Shown here piece by piece: positions 61,183 through 64,000 of a stretch of DNA of 64,000 bases (its first letter is position 1; each line of letters opens with the position of its first letter). Source of the stretch: Octopus sinensis. Taxonomy: Eukaryota. The DNA lies in the NCBI RefSeq assembly GCF_006345805.1, contig NC_043010.1:25420001-25484000 (forward strand), in the 5' to 3' direction. The position numbers were made by a program, and so were the translations under genes. The notes beneath the pieces are model-generated. The model had not been told where the DNA came from. It was given only the letters and a program-made list of their open reading frames with translations, and searched no databases.

Positions 61183-64000
61183 TGACCAAATTAGACAAGC
61201 AGTAACGTATAAAATGAACGAAGCTGCAGCTAAAGAAGATAAGACAGAGGAAATAATTATAGACCAGCCCAGGGCTGATAAAAACGCAGTAAGGATTGAA
61301 AGAGTTAGTATAACTGATAGGCAAAGTGAAATACTAACTGAATCAATCATAACCACTAAGACAGATGAACATCAAATAGATGAAGAAAGTCACACAAATA
61401 TTGACCCAACAGAACTACATGAGCTGAAGAATCAAATCATGATTGAATGGTTGAAAATTAAAGAAGCCAGTATGAATGGACATGATACACTCCCTAAAAT
61501 CCGCAACTCTAACCAAAACAGGAAAATAATTGGTAAAATCCGCCTTGCACTTAAGGAGATAATTTCAGCTAATGATGTCGATATCACAGATCTCAACCAC
61601 CTGTACTATGCATCCGTGAAAATGTCAACGATTCTATCTGGTGAAAAGATTAGAAAACGGCAACATTCCCACAAAAAGCCTTCTTGGCAAGAGCGTATCC
61701 AACAACAAATTAAACTACTTAGCTCTGACATTGAATATTTGAAAAACCTTAAGGTTGACAAGACTACCAAACCTACAAAATGCAAAAAATTAAAGAAAAA
61801 ATATAATATGAAAACTATACTTGATATTGATGCCACCATAGAAACCATCAAGCAAAAGGTATCTGCTAAAGCTGCCCGCATAGCGAGGTATGAAAATCGT
61901 GTTAGATTCTTCAAGGACAACAACATGTTAAAAAATAACCCCAAAAATTTTTACAGGATGATAGGGAAAACACCAGTTACTGTAAAGTCTGTACCAGCAA
62001 AAGAAGAAGTGCAGGGATTTGGGAATAAAATTTGGGCAGAAGAAAAAACACACAACGAAAAGGCCCCCTGGATTGATAGAATATCTACAGAACTGGACTC
62101 CTTAGAAGAGCAAAAGTGGGAGGGTGTCAAGGTAGAAGATATAAGATCTGCTCTCAGGAGGTCAAGCAAATGGAAGTCTCCAGGAAAGGATAAAATTCCT
62201 AACTTCTGGTTGAATGCCTTCCCAGAGAGCCATGAACTGCTAACAGAACTTTACAATGATGTTTTGCAACACCCTAGTAGGATGCCTCCTTGGCTAGTTA
62301 ATGGGTTAACATTCCTGCTTCCAAAAAGTGAAGAAACAAATGAACCAAAAAACTATAGACCCATAACCTGCTTAACAACTATGTATAAAACGCTAACATC
62401 TGTCCTGACGGAATATACCTATAGTTTTTTAACAGACAGCAGCATATTCCCTAATGAACAGAAAGGATGTAAACGTGGATCCTATGGTTGTAAAGATCAG
62501 CTACTCATCAATAAGATGATCTTAGAAGATTGTCACAAATGACACAAAAATTTGTCAATAGCCTGGATAGACTATAAAAAGGCTTTTGATAGCCTACCAC
62601 ATAGCTGGATTAAGAAATGCCTGGAAATGTATAAAATAGCACCTACTCTGCGAAACCTTTTGTCTATAAGTATGAGATCATGGAGAACCACACTGACTTA
62701 GAACAGTGACATTGAATCTCTAAATGCTGGTGATGTAAAAATTTCATGTGGCATTTTCCAGGGTGACTCACTATCACCACTCCTCTTTTGTTTAGCCTTA
62801 ATGCCTGTCTCAAAATTGCTCAATGACGCACAGTACGGATATAAAATGTTGGATAAAAATATAAATCATCTCATTTACATGGATGATTTAAAGCTCTTTG
62901 CAAAAAATGACCAACAACTCAAGGGCTTACTAGCGATTGTTAAACAATTCAGTGATGACATCAGAATGCAATTTGGCCTCGATAAATGTGCAAAAGCTAC
63001 CTTTATCAAAGAAAAAATGACAGAAACATCTAACGTTAACCTTGACCAGCAGAATGTCATAAAAGAGTTAGACCCAGCGGAAAACTACAAGTACCTAGGG
63101 GTAATTGAAGGGGACAGAATAAGGCAATCAGTGATGAAGGAAAGGATCAGGAGAGAATGTTATCGCAGAGTAAGAGCAATACTCAAGACAGAGTTGAATG
63201 CGAGAAACAGGATCGAAGCAATCAATGCTTTAGCCATACCAGTCGTGCCTTACAGTTTCAATATCGTTAACTGTTCAATTACTGAAACATGCAATCTTGA
63301 CAGAAAAATATGAAAACTGTTGACAATGCATAGAATGCACCACCCTAAGGCAGATATAGAATGACTTTATCTGCCAAGAAAAGAGGGAGGCCGTGGACTT
63401 TTACAACTGGCAATAACAATGAAGATTGCTACAATTGGCCTAGACACCGACCTGAAAAACTCTGAGGACTGGATGTTAAAACTGGTCTCAAAACATGAAA
63501 ACAAGAAAACATCATACTCAGTAACAAAACAGGCAAAAGAATATCTAAGTGAATTCCGAATACAACAAATTTCGGAATTAGACATAGAAGAAACAAGCAC
63601 AGAAAAAGCTAAGTGCATGAAAACCCGTGCTAAAACTGCTGCTTTAGATATTTTGAATGATAAATGGCAAGAAAAACCTCTCTATGGCAAATACCCAAAG
63701 AGAGCGAATAGTGCAGATGTTGACAAAGCCCTGACCCATCAATGGCTAATGGCCTCTGGCTTAAAATCTGAAACAGAAGGGTTTATCATGGCAGCTCAAG
63801 ATCAATGCCTACCAACAAGGAACTACCAGGCCAACATATTAAAAAACGGCAGTAGCCCAACATGTCTTGTATGTCAACAACAAAATGAAACCATTGATTA
63901 TGTTGTCTCCAAGTTCAGTCTTCTAGTGCCTACAGACTATCTCAACAGGCATGATAGAGCTGCACAATATATTCACTGGGTAATTTGCAAAAACCTGGAT
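61181..64000 (+). mobile_element. R4/Dong-clade non-LTR retrotransposon, running off the window; single frame with four in-frame stops
   Basis: KSPGKDKIPNFWL, NYRPITCL, EQKGCKRGSYGCKDQLLINK, WIDYKKAFDS, FQGDSLSPLLF, YMDDLKL, HHPKADIE.LYLPRKEGGRGL, AAQDQ, decayed CCHC knuckle, RHD. Confidence 0.92.

Overview
AT-rich, microsatellite- and TE-saturated animal DNA. It is inferred to be cephalopod (octopus-like) from the SINE/RTE repertoire; that is an inference, not a database match. One host gene is confidently recognisable: the 5' part of an R3HCC1/R3HCC1L-family gene on + (coding exons 34506-34618, 50090-50236, 52860-53042, 54171-55887, phases consistent, 718 codons). Its C-terminal exons were not found in the window. 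There is no in-frame AUG before the end of its R3H domain, and a CUG in strong Kozak context (34512) aligns with the start of human R3HCC1, which as I recall is annotated as CUG-initiated. The rest is mobile DNA: RTE-clade LINEs whose ORF carries a PHD-like finger, an R4/Dong-clade element next to (TAA)n, Penelope-like (GIY-YIG) remnants, Helitron/Helentron-type non-autonomous elements, a Tc1/mariner remnant, MITE/fold-back structures, several tRNA-derived SINE families and a 5S rRNA retro-pseudogene fused to a SINE. Reading both strands shows at least seven type I hammerhead-ribozyme-like motifs of different sequence families, several inside fold-back palindromes. One has a compensatory G3-C8 core, and one lies downstream of a tRNA-like Pol III head. 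There is a 100-N assembly gap at 26398-26497. TE boundaries are approximate unless a TSD or terminal motif is quoted.
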